A stretch of DNA of 64,000 nucleotides, from positions 704,001-768,000 of the forward strand of contig CAXXGI010000002.1 of the NCBI GenBank assembly GCA_963674695.2, given 5' to 3'. The notes under the pieces were generated by a model. The model had not been told where the DNA came from, ran no database searches, and worked only from the letters and a program-made list of their open reading frames with translations. The number at the start of each line of letters is the position of its first letter. Position 1 is the first letter of the stretch. Made by a program: the position numbers and the translations under genes. Shown here one piece after another: positions 49,854-59,414 of the stretch. This DNA comes from a bacterium. Its GTDB lineage: Bacteria > UBA10199 > 2-02-FULL-44-16 > JAAZCA01.

Positions 49854-50309
49854 ATGCGCATTCTTTGTCTCGACATCGGCAGCAAACGCATCGGGGTCGC
49901 CGCGACCGACCCGATGGGGTGGACCGCCCAAGGGCAGGGCGTCATCATCCGGCGCGGCGATGAACGCGACTTCGAGGCGGTGGCTGAATATTGTCGTGAT
50001 CTGGAACCACAGTTCATCCTCGTCGGTTTGCCGCTCGATGCGGAGAGCGAGCGCGGTCCGCAGGCCAAGAAGGTCGAGGGTTTCGTCGATCGATTGAAGC
50101 GCTATCTGGGCGAACACGACATCGACCTGCCGGTGACCTATTGGGACGAACGCTATTCCACGGCGGAGGCCGAGCAGCGCCTGATCGATGCGGATGTGAG
50201 CCGCGCCAAGCGCAGGGCCGTGATCGACAAGATGGCGGCGGTGGTCATCCTGGAAGACTATCTGGATGTGCATCCATTGTCGGATGACAGCGAGGGGGGG
50301 GGCGGATGA
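49854..50309 (+). CDS. ruvX: YqgF/RuvX pre-16S rRNA nuclease
   Basis: LDIGSKRIGVA, VGLP, WDERYST, IDKMAA..IL. Confidence 0.95.
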   Translation: MRILCLDIGSKRIGVAATDPMGWTAQGQGVIIRRGDERDFEAVAEYCRDLEPQFILVGLPLDAESERGPQAKKVEGFVDRLKRYLGEHDIDLPVTYWDERYSTAEAEQRLIDADVSRAKRRAVIDKMAAVVILEDYLDVHPLSDDSEGGGG

Positions 50310-51349
50310 GTTTTGTGCGGAAAACGGTGCTGATGGTCCTGGCGGTGGTGTTGCTCGTCGGTGTCGCCGTCGGGGGGGTGGTCTATTACGGCGCCACCCG
50401 TTGGCATTCGCGCATGGATGTGCGCGTGGAGGTCGATCGCGGCATGAGCCTGCGCGGCATTGCCGATCGCTTGTCGGCGCATGGCGTGATCCGCACGCCC
50501 ACGCTCTTCGAGTTGCTCGGCCGGACCAAGGGGATGTCCCGGAAACTCAAGGCGGGGTTCTATGAATTCCCCGCGGGCACGACGATGATGACGGCGATGG
50601 CGCGGCTCGAGCGCGGCGAGGTGATCGAGTATCCCTTCACGATCATCGAGGGGTGGACGATCAGTGATATCGCCCAGCATCTGGGGGGCCAGCCCTTTCT
50701 CGCCTCATCCGACGTTCCGGATGAGGTTGCGCGTCTGGCGCGCGATCCGGGGTTTGTCGAAGAGTTGGGACTTTCGCCGGCAAAGACCTTGGAAGGGTAT
50801 CTCTTTCCCGAGACCTATCAGTTTGCAAACGCGGTGACGGCCGCGAGTTTTTTGCATCGACTCGTCGATCAGTTTCGCGAGGTCTGGAAGTCGATCGACG
50901 ACGATGCGACCGAGCGGCTGGGGCTTACCGAGCAGCAGATCGTCACGCTCGCCTCGATCGTGGAGAAGGAGACGGGGGCCAAGGTGGAGCGCGCACGCAT
51001 TGCGGGCGTCTTCTTCAATCGGCTGAACAAGAAGATGCCGCTGCAGAGCGACCCGACGATCATCTACGGCCTGCCGAACTTCGATGGCAACCTGCGCAAG
51101 CGCGATCTGGCCAATCCCCATCGGTATAACACCTATGTCCATGGCGGTCTGCCGCCAGGGCCGATCTGCAATCCGGGACGCGCCGCGCTCGAAGCGGTTC
51201 TGCACCCGGAGGCGACCCGCGCGCTCTACTTCGTTTCGCGCAACGATGGGACGCACGTCTTCTCCGAGACGCTGACCGATCACAATCGGGCCGTGCAACG
51301 CTTCCAGGTCGAGCTGAAGGGCCGCCCGGAGAACGCCAAAAAACGCTGA
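50306..51349 (+). CDS. mltG: Endolytic transglycosylase
   Basis: LEGYLFPETY, LASIVEKE, LQSDPT, YNTY..GLPPGPI.NPG. Confidence 0.95.
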   Translation: MSFVRKTVLMVLAVVLLVGVAVGGVVYYGATRWHSRMDVRVEVDRGMSLRGIADRLSAHGVIRTPTLFELLGRTKGMSRKLKAGFYEFPAGTTMMTAMARLERGEVIEYPFTIIEGWTISDIAQHLGGQPFLASSDVPDEVARLARDPGFVEELGLSPAKTLEGYLFPETYQFANAVTAASFLHRLVDQFREVWKSIDDDATERLGLTEQQIVTLASIVEKETGAKVERARIAGVFFNRLNKKMPLQSDPTIIYGLPNFDGNLRKRDLANPHRYNTYVHGGLPPGPICNPGRAALEAVLHPEATRALYFVSRNDGTHVFSETLTDHNRAVQRFQVELKGRPENAKKR

Positions 51350-51472
51350 GTTTTCATGCGGTTCGATGGTTGTCCCCCTCCATTTTTGTGTCATTTTTCA
51401 CGCAACAAATGTGACGCTGCGCCGATACAAGGTTGCTGGCGACAAACCCAGTTTGTATCTGGATAGGGCGGA

Positions 51473-54400
51473 ATGACAACGACACGACCAACATTTCAAT
51501 TTGATCTCCTGAAGCATTCCGCTCTGCATGCCCTCGTCTGGGATCTGCTCGAGCGCGATCGAGGTATGAATAGGCGCGATCGCGCCGATATGGTTTTGGC
51601 GCTCAATAATCCGGATCTCTTTGAGAAGCATCCCTCCCTCCAGGACCAGTTCTTTCGATCCATCGCTTCCGAGCAAAACCGGGTCTTTGATCTCGCTTCC
51701 GTGGTTTCAGCGCGTTCGCAACTCTATGCCACCGATGCCTTCGAGCGCCTGCCGCCGGTGGTCGAAGGGACGGTCCATAACCCGATACGCATCTTGAACG
51801 CGATCTATGCGGCTCGTCTGGGCGATGCGGGGATGCAGGGGCGGTCGGGGGCCGTTTCCGCGATGTCTGCCTGGAGGGGGCTGCCGCTCGCTCCTCGCGT
51901 AAGCGATGACGAGGAACTTGGAGTGGCCATGCTCGATGCGCACGCCTACGCGATGATCGCGTCGGCTGTGGCCGCATCGCGCCCGGTAATCGTCGAGTTC
52001 GGTGCGGGGGATACGCCCTACGGGATACAGCTCGCTGCCGAGAATCCGGAAGCATCGGTCTTCTCTATCGAACCGAACGTGGATTACTTCGACTGGAGGA
52101 CGCTGGGCAATCCCGAGGTGCCGGAGAACTTTCACTTCCTCGGCGGAACGGTCGAGGGGCTCTTGCCGCTGGCCCTGCTCGGCCCCTTCGCCGATCGGAT
52201 CGTGACGGTCGCGCCGCGCGCCGACAGCATGCCGCTCTTCGTGCTCGCGGGGCTGGCCATGTTGCGCCCGGGCGGAGTCCTTGAAATGTTCACGGAGGAT
52301 CGCAAGAGCATCGCGGAGGCGGGAGATGTGCAATCCCTCGGGGTTTCCGTCGATTCCCGTAAACTCTCCCCAGCTCTCGCGCGTTCGATCCCCAGCCAGT
52401 ATCTCGAATTCCTGGGTCCGGAGGTCTATCGCCTGCGCGCGCGCCTGTCCGACGACTTGCGGGCACGCTTTCGTTTCGATCGGGGAGAGCGCTCAGTCGC
52501 GCGCCGAACCATGCTCTCCACCATGCCATATGCGATGGAAGCCGAGCGCCGAGGCATCAGGGTGGAGATCAATCTTCCCTCGGATCTGCACTATCGCGAG
52601 GTGATCGATGATGAGGCCATCGATCGTTTCTTCGAGATGTTCTTCGAGACGGCGATCGATCGTGCGACCGATCGCGGTGGAGCGATACGCATCGGCTGGG
52701 AAGAGGGCGCGTTTACGATGGAGGCGAAGGGTCTCTTCTCCCAACTTTCGGCGGAACAGTTTCGCATGCTCACGCTCGCCTGGGATTACAATCAACATAT
52801 TCAGGCCCAGTATGCACAGCCGTCCTCCCGCGATATTCCCTTCCTTCGCTGGACGAGTGTCTTTTCCGCCGACGCCGATCACAGCGTCCGCTTTCGCATC
52901 ACTCCGCGCGATGGGGACGTGCAGATCGATCGTCCGACGAACGGTCTTGCGGCGGTCGAGGCCTTTGAACGGCAATTGGATGAGATCGATAAACAGGTGA
53001 CCCAAAGGCAGCAGGAGGTCTTCGATCAGCTCCACGGGAAGCCGCTCACCGAGGAGGCCTTCCGGACGGTCTACAGACCGTTGGTGGATGAGGGCGAGGA
53101 GTACCTCGCCGCAATTTGGCAGCAGCAGGAAGAGCTCACTGCGCGCGCAAAGCGGGAGGGCTGGCCGACGGAGGCGATCGAGCGCGTCGGTTCCGGGTAT
53201 CATGATTATACGATGATGTGGCACAACCCCATACAGTGGGGTGAGCTCTATGCGTTGCGCCTTCAAAATGGGGGCGAGTATCGCTTCGATCTCGCCAGTT
53301 TCGGCAAGGCGCGTACCCTCGGCGATACGGCATATTCCGCTCGGCGGGCATTCGAGGAGATCGCTTCGAAGGATGGTCTTGAAATCGATGTCGGTGATCT
53401 TCCCGCGGAGATTGACGAAGCGATTCCGACACGCGAGGCGTGGAGGCACTTTCGCCGCATCCTCTACAACCTCCTCTCCAACAGCTCCAAGTACTACAAC
53501 CCGTCGGTCCCGGAAGGCGAGCGATGGGCGCGGGTGCGGTTCTCGCTCGAAGGCGGGTCGCTTCAGATCGAGGCCAGTGACAACGGGCGCGGGATGTCGG
53601 CCGATATGCTCAAGCGTTTCGGCGAGCAGGGTTGGCGCGACCCGGCGGTCGTCGCCGAGGGGATCGAAGGGACGGGGACGGGTTCCGGGAGCATCATCGC
53701 GAGTGTAAAGCGGCTCGGCGGAACGTTTGCGGTCGAATCGGAGCTGGGGAAGGGTTCGAGCTTCCACATCGCGCTTCCGCTCGAAGGTCTCCTCGGCGCG
53801 GAGAAGGCGGCCAAGATCAAAGCGTCGACGCCGGTCGTGCGAATCATGCGCAACGATGGGAAGGGGGATAGGGAAGATCCGGCCTATAGTGTCCATCCGG
53901 CTTCACCGGAGACGCTCAAACGGTTGCAAAATAATTATGCCAATTATTCCGAGATAAAGCCCATCATGCGATATCCCTTCTTTGTTGACATCGAAAACGG
54001 AACGATCCTGATGGCGCAGTACGGATTATTCAAAGAAGATACGGGGGAATTCCAGAAAGGCCTTTCCAGTCACGCGAAGATACTTGAGCAGATCAAGCGC
54101 GACGGGGGGAGGGATCTGGATCGAATCGTGATCTCCCAATACATTCAGGAGAATGATGGGGGTGGGATGCTGATGTTGACGAGGGGACAGTATGGAGGAG
54201 AGGGGATCGCTCCCCCCGTCTTTGCCGAGGCGATTGCGCTCGTCGCTCGAATGTGTGGACAGCGCAACGGCCATGTGTTGCTCGGCGAGGAGATGACGAC
54301 ATTTGCATTCGAGGGGGCGCACACCGGACGGCCGCGCTGGAATGATTTTGAGGAAATCTCTTACGGTGACGAGCTGCTCGATATGCTCTGGGATGGTGGC

Positions 54401-54610
54401 ATTCGTGTTAACGAGGATGGCTCATCCGAGTCGTTCAGCCTGTCCCATCCGCCGACGCTGATCGACGCTGCCTTCGACGTGACCGACATCGCCCCCGCCG
54501 ATCTCGACCCCTTCCTCGAAGAGGATGCCCATCTCATGGGCAGCGACCTCATGGCCGGTGCACATCTCTTCGCCGCCGCCCCCTTCGTGATGCCCGTGCC
54601 GATGTTGTAG
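51473..54610 (+). CDS. Large multidomain protein: SAM-methyltransferase-like domain + histidine-kinase-like HATPase_c
   Basis: VEFGAG...FSIEP (MTase motif I/II). NLLSNSSKY, DNGRGM, GTGTG, ESELGKGSSF. Acidic C-terminal tail. Confidence 0.7.
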   Translation: MTTTRPTFQFDLLKHSALHALVWDLLERDRGMNRRDRADMVLALNNPDLFEKHPSLQDQFFRSIASEQNRVFDLASVVSARSQLYATDAFERLPPVVEGTVHNPIRILNAIYAARLGDAGMQGRSGAVSAMSAWRGLPLAPRVSDDEELGVAMLDAHAYAMIASAVAASRPVIVEFGAGDTPYGIQLAAENPEASVFSIEPNVDYFDWRTLGNPEVPENFHFLGGTVEGLLPLALLGPFADRIVTVAPRADSMPLFVLAGLAMLRPGGVLEMFTEDRKSIAEAGDVQSLGVSVDSRKLSPALARSIPSQYLEFLGPEVYRLRARLSDDLRARFRFDRGERSVARRTMLSTMPYAMEAERRGIRVEINLPSDLHYREVIDDEAIDRFFEMFFETAIDRATDRGGAIRIGWEEGAFTMEAKGLFSQLSAEQFRMLTLAWDYNQHIQAQYAQPSSRDIPFLRWTSVFSADADHSVRFRITPRDGDVQIDRPTNGLAAVEAFERQLDEIDKQVTQRQQEVFDQLHGKPLTEEAFRTVYRPLVDEGEEYLAAIWQQQEELTARAKREGWPTEAIERVGSGYHDYTMMWHNPIQWGELYALRLQNGGEYRFDLASFGKARTLGDTAYSARRAFEEIASKDGLEIDVGDLPAEIDEAIPTREAWRHFRRILYNLLSNSSKYYNPSVPEGERWARVRFSLEGGSLQIEASDNGRGMSADMLKRFGEQGWRDPAVVAEGIEGTGTGSGSIIASVKRLGGTFAVESELGKGSSFHIALPLEGLLGAEKAAKIKASTPVVRIMRNDGKGDREDPAYSVHPASPETLKRLQNNYANYSEIKPIMRYPFFVDIENGTILMAQYGLFKEDTGEFQKGLSSHAKILEQIKRDGGRDLDRIVISQYIQENDGGGMLMLTRGQYGGEGIAPPVFAEAIALVARMCGQRNGHVLLGEEMTTFAFEGAHTGRPRWNDFEEISYGDELLDMLWDGGIRVNEDGSSESFSLSHPPTLIDAAFDVTDIAPADLDPFLEEDAHLMGSDLMAGAHLFAAAPFVMPVPML

Positions 54611-54842
54611 GGACGGCAATGACCATTCAACCTGGCCGCGGATGCGTCATATGTGATTGACAGGGGTGGTTCTTGTGGGATAGAGGCGCCGCTTCGTTTT
54701 TTGACGCGTATCGGATGTGAATGTCGCTCGAAGCTGAGATTCCCTTTTTCGACAACATCACAAATAGCGCGCAACTTTTTCGATCTTCGATCGATGTATT
54801 CGTGTCGCTGCGAATTCCATCGGGTCGGACATCGGAGGTCGT

Positions 54843-56378
54843 GTGGTCAGGATCACGAGGACAACAACGTCAATTCAAGAGACCGAACGCCTGCGTTCGG
54901 CGCAGGGCATGCTTGCGCGCGTCCTCGGTCTTGAGTCGGGGCAGGCCGATGCGGCAGCGGCTCATGTGACGGGGCTTCGTGACACCTATGTGCGAGTCGG
55001 TCCATCGGAGATCGGGTTTGCCGATGGGATCTTTGGGTTTGCCGGACGGATCTTCTCCGAGCGGCTCAATGCAGGCAGCGATCGCCCGACGGCAGTCGAT
55101 GCCGGTGTGGTCGAAGGAGCCTTTCGCGCCTATCTCATCGGCGGACAATCCGTCTTCTTCGGAAGTCGCGTTCCCCAACGAGCGCTCGCGAAACGGGTCG
55201 ACGGGGATATTGTGGTCGCCTATCATGCCCTGGCCTCCTCGGAGATCGGTTCGGATTTTGCCCGAACGATCGCGCGGTTTCTCGGCCAGGTCCGGAATTC
55301 GTCGGCATCGCCCGAAAACGAGCGGAATCGTCTCGATGCCCTGTTGCGCAGCGCAGGAATGCGTTCCCAGGTGGAGGCGCTGCTTGCCACCTACGACACG
55401 TTTTTCTTCGACCGGCTGATCCATGAGGTGCAGCAGGGCGTGCAATCGGCTCGAACGGCCCTTGCACAAGGGAACAGCGATGACGCGCTCGTGCAGCTCA
55501 AAGGGTTGCTGCCGCGCATCGAGCGTTCGACCGACCTGCGTACGTGTCTGCGGGCGCTGCTGATCGGCTATGAGCAGCAGGATGAGATCAATGCGCGTGC
55601 GGACGACGGGGAGGCGTGGGCGCTCATGCTGCGTCAGGGGCGCTCGCTCCTGCACGACCTCAACGGGATTGAGACGGCCATGGGCGGCTTTATCCGCCTG
55701 GTGGTTCGGCTGGGTCAGAGGGATGTCGCCGAACTCGAGCGGACAATGCGTTCCTATCTGCTGCAGTATGATCTCTCGACGGTCGGATCGATCTTCCGGT
55801 TCGTTCGCACGATGTTGGAGCCGATGGCGAAACATCAGGGGGTGGACCTGCGCCTGGGGGAGCTCTCCGAACGGTTCGTGGCACCCGGTCGCCGTCGCGC
55901 ATTGCTGCGCATGATCAATGAATATGGATCGAACGCCCTGAAATATCACGCCCGTGAACGCGCGCGCCGCACGGTTTACCTCGATGCACGCGAGCGAGGC
56001 GGCGTTGTTCGTCCGCGCGTGATCGACAACGGCGTTGGCATCGGGGATATCGATGCCGCGAGGCGAATGGATGTGCGCGAACGACCCGATCTGGCTGACG
56101 GCACGGGAACGGGGCTGGCCGGAAACGAGATGTTGGCACAGATGAACGGCTGGACCGTTGCGTTGGATTCGCGGCCGGGGTTGTGGACGAAGGCCGAGAT
56201 CGTCATCTCCTCCGATGAACTGGGCGTCTCTTCCGACGAGGCGTTGGTCGAAGCAATTTCTGTTTATTCCGATGCGGATGGTTTCTCACCTGAAGTGATT
56301 GCCGAAGCGGTCTTGTCCGGGGCGTATGGACTGGACGCCACCGTTCCGTTTTCCCCGGTTGTGCCGACCCTGCTCTAA
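54843..56378 (+). CDS. Cytoplasmic histidine-kinase-like protein
   Basis: LLHDLNG H-box, EYGSNALKY, DNGVGI, GTGTGL. No obvious TM segment. Confidence 0.75.
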   Translation: MVRITRTTTSIQETERLRSAQGMLARVLGLESGQADAAAAHVTGLRDTYVRVGPSEIGFADGIFGFAGRIFSERLNAGSDRPTAVDAGVVEGAFRAYLIGGQSVFFGSRVPQRALAKRVDGDIVVAYHALASSEIGSDFARTIARFLGQVRNSSASPENERNRLDALLRSAGMRSQVEALLATYDTFFFDRLIHEVQQGVQSARTALAQGNSDDALVQLKGLLPRIERSTDLRTCLRALLIGYEQQDEINARADDGEAWALMLRQGRSLLHDLNGIETAMGGFIRLVVRLGQRDVAELERTMRSYLLQYDLSTVGSIFRFVRTMLEPMAKHQGVDLRLGELSERFVAPGRRRALLRMINEYGSNALKYHARERARRTVYLDARERGGVVRPRVIDNGVGIGDIDAARRMDVRERPDLADGTGTGLAGNEMLAQMNGWTVALDSRPGLWTKAEIVISSDELGVSSDEALVEAISVYSDADGFSPEVIAEAVLSGAYGLDATVPFSPVVPTLL

Positions 56379-56442
56379 CTCCCCTGTGCAACGACCCGGT
56401 TTCCCCTTGCCACCCCCTGGAAAGACGGGCTAAAACGTCCGT

Positions 56443-57792
56443 ATGGCTGAACAGAATCTGCTCATCGTCAACGCCTGTCTCATCACCGGTCGCGGGCCGG
56501 TCTTTCCCGACGGATTCGTCCACATCAGCGGTTCGCGCATCGCAGCCCTCGGGCCGATGTCGCGCTGTCCGAAACATGGCGCCATGCAGGTCATCGATGC
56601 GCATGACCGCTTTGTCCTCCCCGGTTTCATCAATCCCCACATGCATCTCTATGGGGCGCTCGCCTGCGGGATGGAGCTGCCGCGCATGCGCCACTTTGGA
56701 AAGGTCCTCAAGGATCTCTGGTGGCGGCTCGATGCCGCACTCGAGCTCGAGGACATCTTCGTGAGCGCGATGCTCGGCGGTGTCGCCGCCATTCGCGCGG
56801 GCGTGACCACCCTCATCGATCACCATGCCAGCTACGGCGCGATCAGCGGCTCGCTGGGGGCCATCTCCGAGGCGTTGGGCGAGCTGGGGCTTCGCGCCAA
56901 CCTCTGTTTCGAGATCTCCGATCGTGCCGGGAAGGGAAGTCGCGACGAGGCGCTCGCCGAAACCGGGCTGTGGCTCGAGAGCGTGCGCAACTGGCTTGCC
57001 GAGGAGCCGCAGTTTCTCCAGCGCGGCATGGTGGGGCTGCACGCCTCGATGACCGTTTCCGATGCCACCTGTGACGCTGCACGCGAACTCATGGATCTCT
57101 TCGATGTCGGCGCACACGTCCATGTCGCCGAGGCGATGGAGGATGTCGCGGCGACGAAGAAGAAGTATCGCCAGCGCCCCGTTGCGCGCCTCTTCAAACA
57201 GGGGCTTCTGCGCCCGGAATCGATCGCCGTCCACTGCGTGCATGTGGATGCAAACGATATTCGCCTGCTCGCCAAGAGTGCGGCGACGGTGGTGCACAAC
57301 CCGCTCTCCAATCTGAATAACGCCGTGGGTGTGGCGCCAGTCCCAGAGATGATGCAGCGGAAGATTCCCATCGTCATCGGTACCGATGGCATGAGTGCCG
57401 GCGTGCAGGACGATCTGCGGGTGGCTTCGGTCTTGCATCGCCCGGGGGCAAAGGATGCCCAGGCCGGTTGGAGCGAGGTTGGCCACGCGCTCTTCGAAAA
57501 CGCGCCCTCGCTCGTCTCGCGCCAGTTCGGTTTCGAGGTGGGAACGCTGGGAAAGAATGCCGCGGCCGATCTCATCATTGCCGATGCTCGGCCCGCAACC
57601 CCCGTGACGAAGGCAAATGTCTTGGCGCACGTTCTCTTCCGTGTGATGACCGCCCCCGTGCGCACAACGATCGTCGCGGGCAGGGTGCTCATGCAGGATT
57701 TTGAAATCCCGGGTCTGGACGAAGAGCGCCTCGCGCGCGACGCACAGAGATGTGCGAAGAAACTGTGGAAACGGATGAAGATGGTTCGATAG
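56443..57792 (+). CDS. ssnA: SsnA-like amidohydrolase
   Basis: PGFINPHMHLY, LWWRLD, TTLIDHHAS, GLHAS.T, HVHVAE, HNP.SNLNNAVG, GTDG. Confidence 0.8.
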   Translation: MAEQNLLIVNACLITGRGPVFPDGFVHISGSRIAALGPMSRCPKHGAMQVIDAHDRFVLPGFINPHMHLYGALACGMELPRMRHFGKVLKDLWWRLDAALELEDIFVSAMLGGVAAIRAGVTTLIDHHASYGAISGSLGAISEALGELGLRANLCFEISDRAGKGSRDEALAETGLWLESVRNWLAEEPQFLQRGMVGLHASMTVSDATCDAARELMDLFDVGAHVHVAEAMEDVAATKKKYRQRPVARLFKQGLLRPESIAVHCVHVDANDIRLLAKSAATVVHNPLSNLNNAVGVAPVPEMMQRKIPIVIGTDGMSAGVQDDLRVASVLHRPGAKDAQAGWSEVGHALFENAPSLVSRQFGFEVGTLGKNAAADLIIADARPATPVTKANVLAHVLFRVMTAPVRTTIVAGRVLMQDFEIPGLDEERLARDAQRCAKKLWKRMKMVR

Positions 57793-57964
57793 TTCGATAG
57801 TTCGATAGTTCGATAGTTCGATAGTTCGATAGTTCGATAGTTCGATAGTTCGATAGTTCGATAGTTCGATAGTTCGATAGTTCGATAGTTCGATAGTTCG
57901 ATAGTTCGATAGTTCGATAGTTCGATAGTTCGATAGTTCGATAGTTCGATAGTTCGATAGTTCG
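57784..57964 (+). repeat. Perfect octamer tandem repeat (GTTCGATA)22
   Basis: 22 exact units plus GTTCG. The ssnA stop codon lies at the first unit junction. Confidence 0.97.
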
Positions 57965-58028
57965 GAATAATTTTGACACTTTATCATGGCATTGAAACGC
58001 TGTAACCGACGAACCGACGGGAGGCGTT

Positions 58029-59411
58029 ATGAACAAAGAATACATCTGGGGACCAACGTTTGAGGAGATGCTGCATCCCGAGAAGATTCCCGCCGATTTG
58101 CGCAAGAAGGCACTGGGCGTCCTCGAGGGGGATCCGCTCTCGCCGCTCAACCTCTTCAACATCACCTGGCGCGACGGGGGCAATCGCATCCGTCACGTCG
58201 TGCTGCCCGAGGCGCTCACCGGCGTTCCCACGCCGATCGTGCTCCTCATCGGAACAGGCTTCCCGACCGGTTCGCACAAGGTCGGCGCCACCTATTCCTG
58301 CACGATCGAGAAACAGGTGCGTGATGAAATCGAACCCGGAAAGCATCGCCTCGTCTGGCCCTCCACCGGCAACTACGGCGTGGGCGGGGCCTATGTGGGC
58401 GAGCGGATGAACTATGACTCCTTCGTGATCCTCCCCGAGGAGATGAGTCAGGAACGCTTCGACAAGATCACCTGGTACGGTGCGAAGTATGCCAAGACGC
58501 CAGGCTGCGAGTCGAACGTGAAGGAGATCTACGACAAGGCCTGGGAGCTCTCGCGCGAGCCGAATACGATCATCGTCAACCAGTTTTCAGAATTCGCCAA
58601 CTATCGTTTCCATTATTACGTCACGGGGACGACGCTCCTCGAATGCTTCGACGAGCTCAAGGCCAAGGGTGTGGGCACGCGCTTCGCTGGGATCACCTCG
58701 GCGATGGGTTCGTCCGGCACGATCGCCTGCGCCGAGCGCGTGAAAGAGGTGCATCCCGATTGCCTCACCATCGGCCTCGAACCGATCCAGTGTCCCACGC
58801 TCTATTCCAATGGCTTCGGTGGCCACGACATCCAGGGGATCGGCGACAAACACGTCACCTTCATCCATAATACCGACGCGATGGACGCGATCATCTGTAT
58901 CGATGAATGGGATTCGAAGAAGGGGATGCAGCTCATTCACGAGGAAGTTGGTCGGCGCGCACTCGTCGACGCCGGCGTGGACGCGAATCTTCTCGAGTGC
59001 ATCAAGGACGTCTTCGGCATCTCCACCATCTGCAACATCCTGGGCGCGATCAAGACGGCCAAACACTATCGGCTGGGAAAAGATGATGTCCTCTTCACGA
59101 TCGCCACGGATGGAATCGATCGCTACTACAGCGTGATGGAACAGATGGATGCGAAGTGTGGCAAGATGGATGCCGAGGAGGCGCGTCGTCGGTACGAATC
59201 GATCTTCCTACGTCAGCCCATCGATTATATCCGCGAAGGGACCGAGCACGCCAAGGACTGTTGGGCCAATCTGAAATACTATACCTGGGTCGAGCAGCAG
59301 GGGAAGGCGGTCGAGGAACTGCGCGCACAGCGCTCACCCGAATACTGGCAGGCCCAGCGCGAACAGCTCGCCGAGACCGATCGCCTCATCCGCGATAAGC
59401 GGGGTTGGTGA
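58029..59411 (+). CDS. PLP-dependent enzyme, fold type II (cysteine synthase-like)
   Basis: FPTGSHKVGA (PLP Lys), WPSTGNY, GSSGTI, IQGIGDKH. Confidence 0.85.
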   Translation: MNKEYIWGPTFEEMLHPEKIPADLRKKALGVLEGDPLSPLNLFNITWRDGGNRIRHVVLPEALTGVPTPIVLLIGTGFPTGSHKVGATYSCTIEKQVRDEIEPGKHRLVWPSTGNYGVGGAYVGERMNYDSFVILPEEMSQERFDKITWYGAKYAKTPGCESNVKEIYDKAWELSREPNTIIVNQFSEFANYRFHYYVTGTTLLECFDELKAKGVGTRFAGITSAMGSSGTIACAERVKEVHPDCLTIGLEPIQCPTLYSNGFGGHDIQGIGDKHVTFIHNTDAMDAIICIDEWDSKKGMQLIHEEVGRRALVDAGVDANLLECIKDVFGISTICNILGAIKTAKHYRLGKDDVLFTIATDGIDRYYSVMEQMDAKCGKMDAEEARRRYESIFLRQPIDYIREGTEHAKDCWANLKYYTWVEQQGKAVEELRAQRSPEYWQAQREQLAETDRLIRDKRGW

Positions 59412-59414
59412 AGC

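Noticed and set aside
50294-50302. G9 tract at the ruvX/mltG junction as a phase-variation site
   Set aside because: It lies in the last codons of ruvX and doubles as the mltG RBS region. Both genes are intact and there is no evidence of switching.
57784-57964. CRISPR array, or ORFs with (IELSNYRT)n repeats
   Set aside because: Pure 8-bp tandem repeat with no spacers and no cas genes. The repeat-containing ORFs are antisense shadows.
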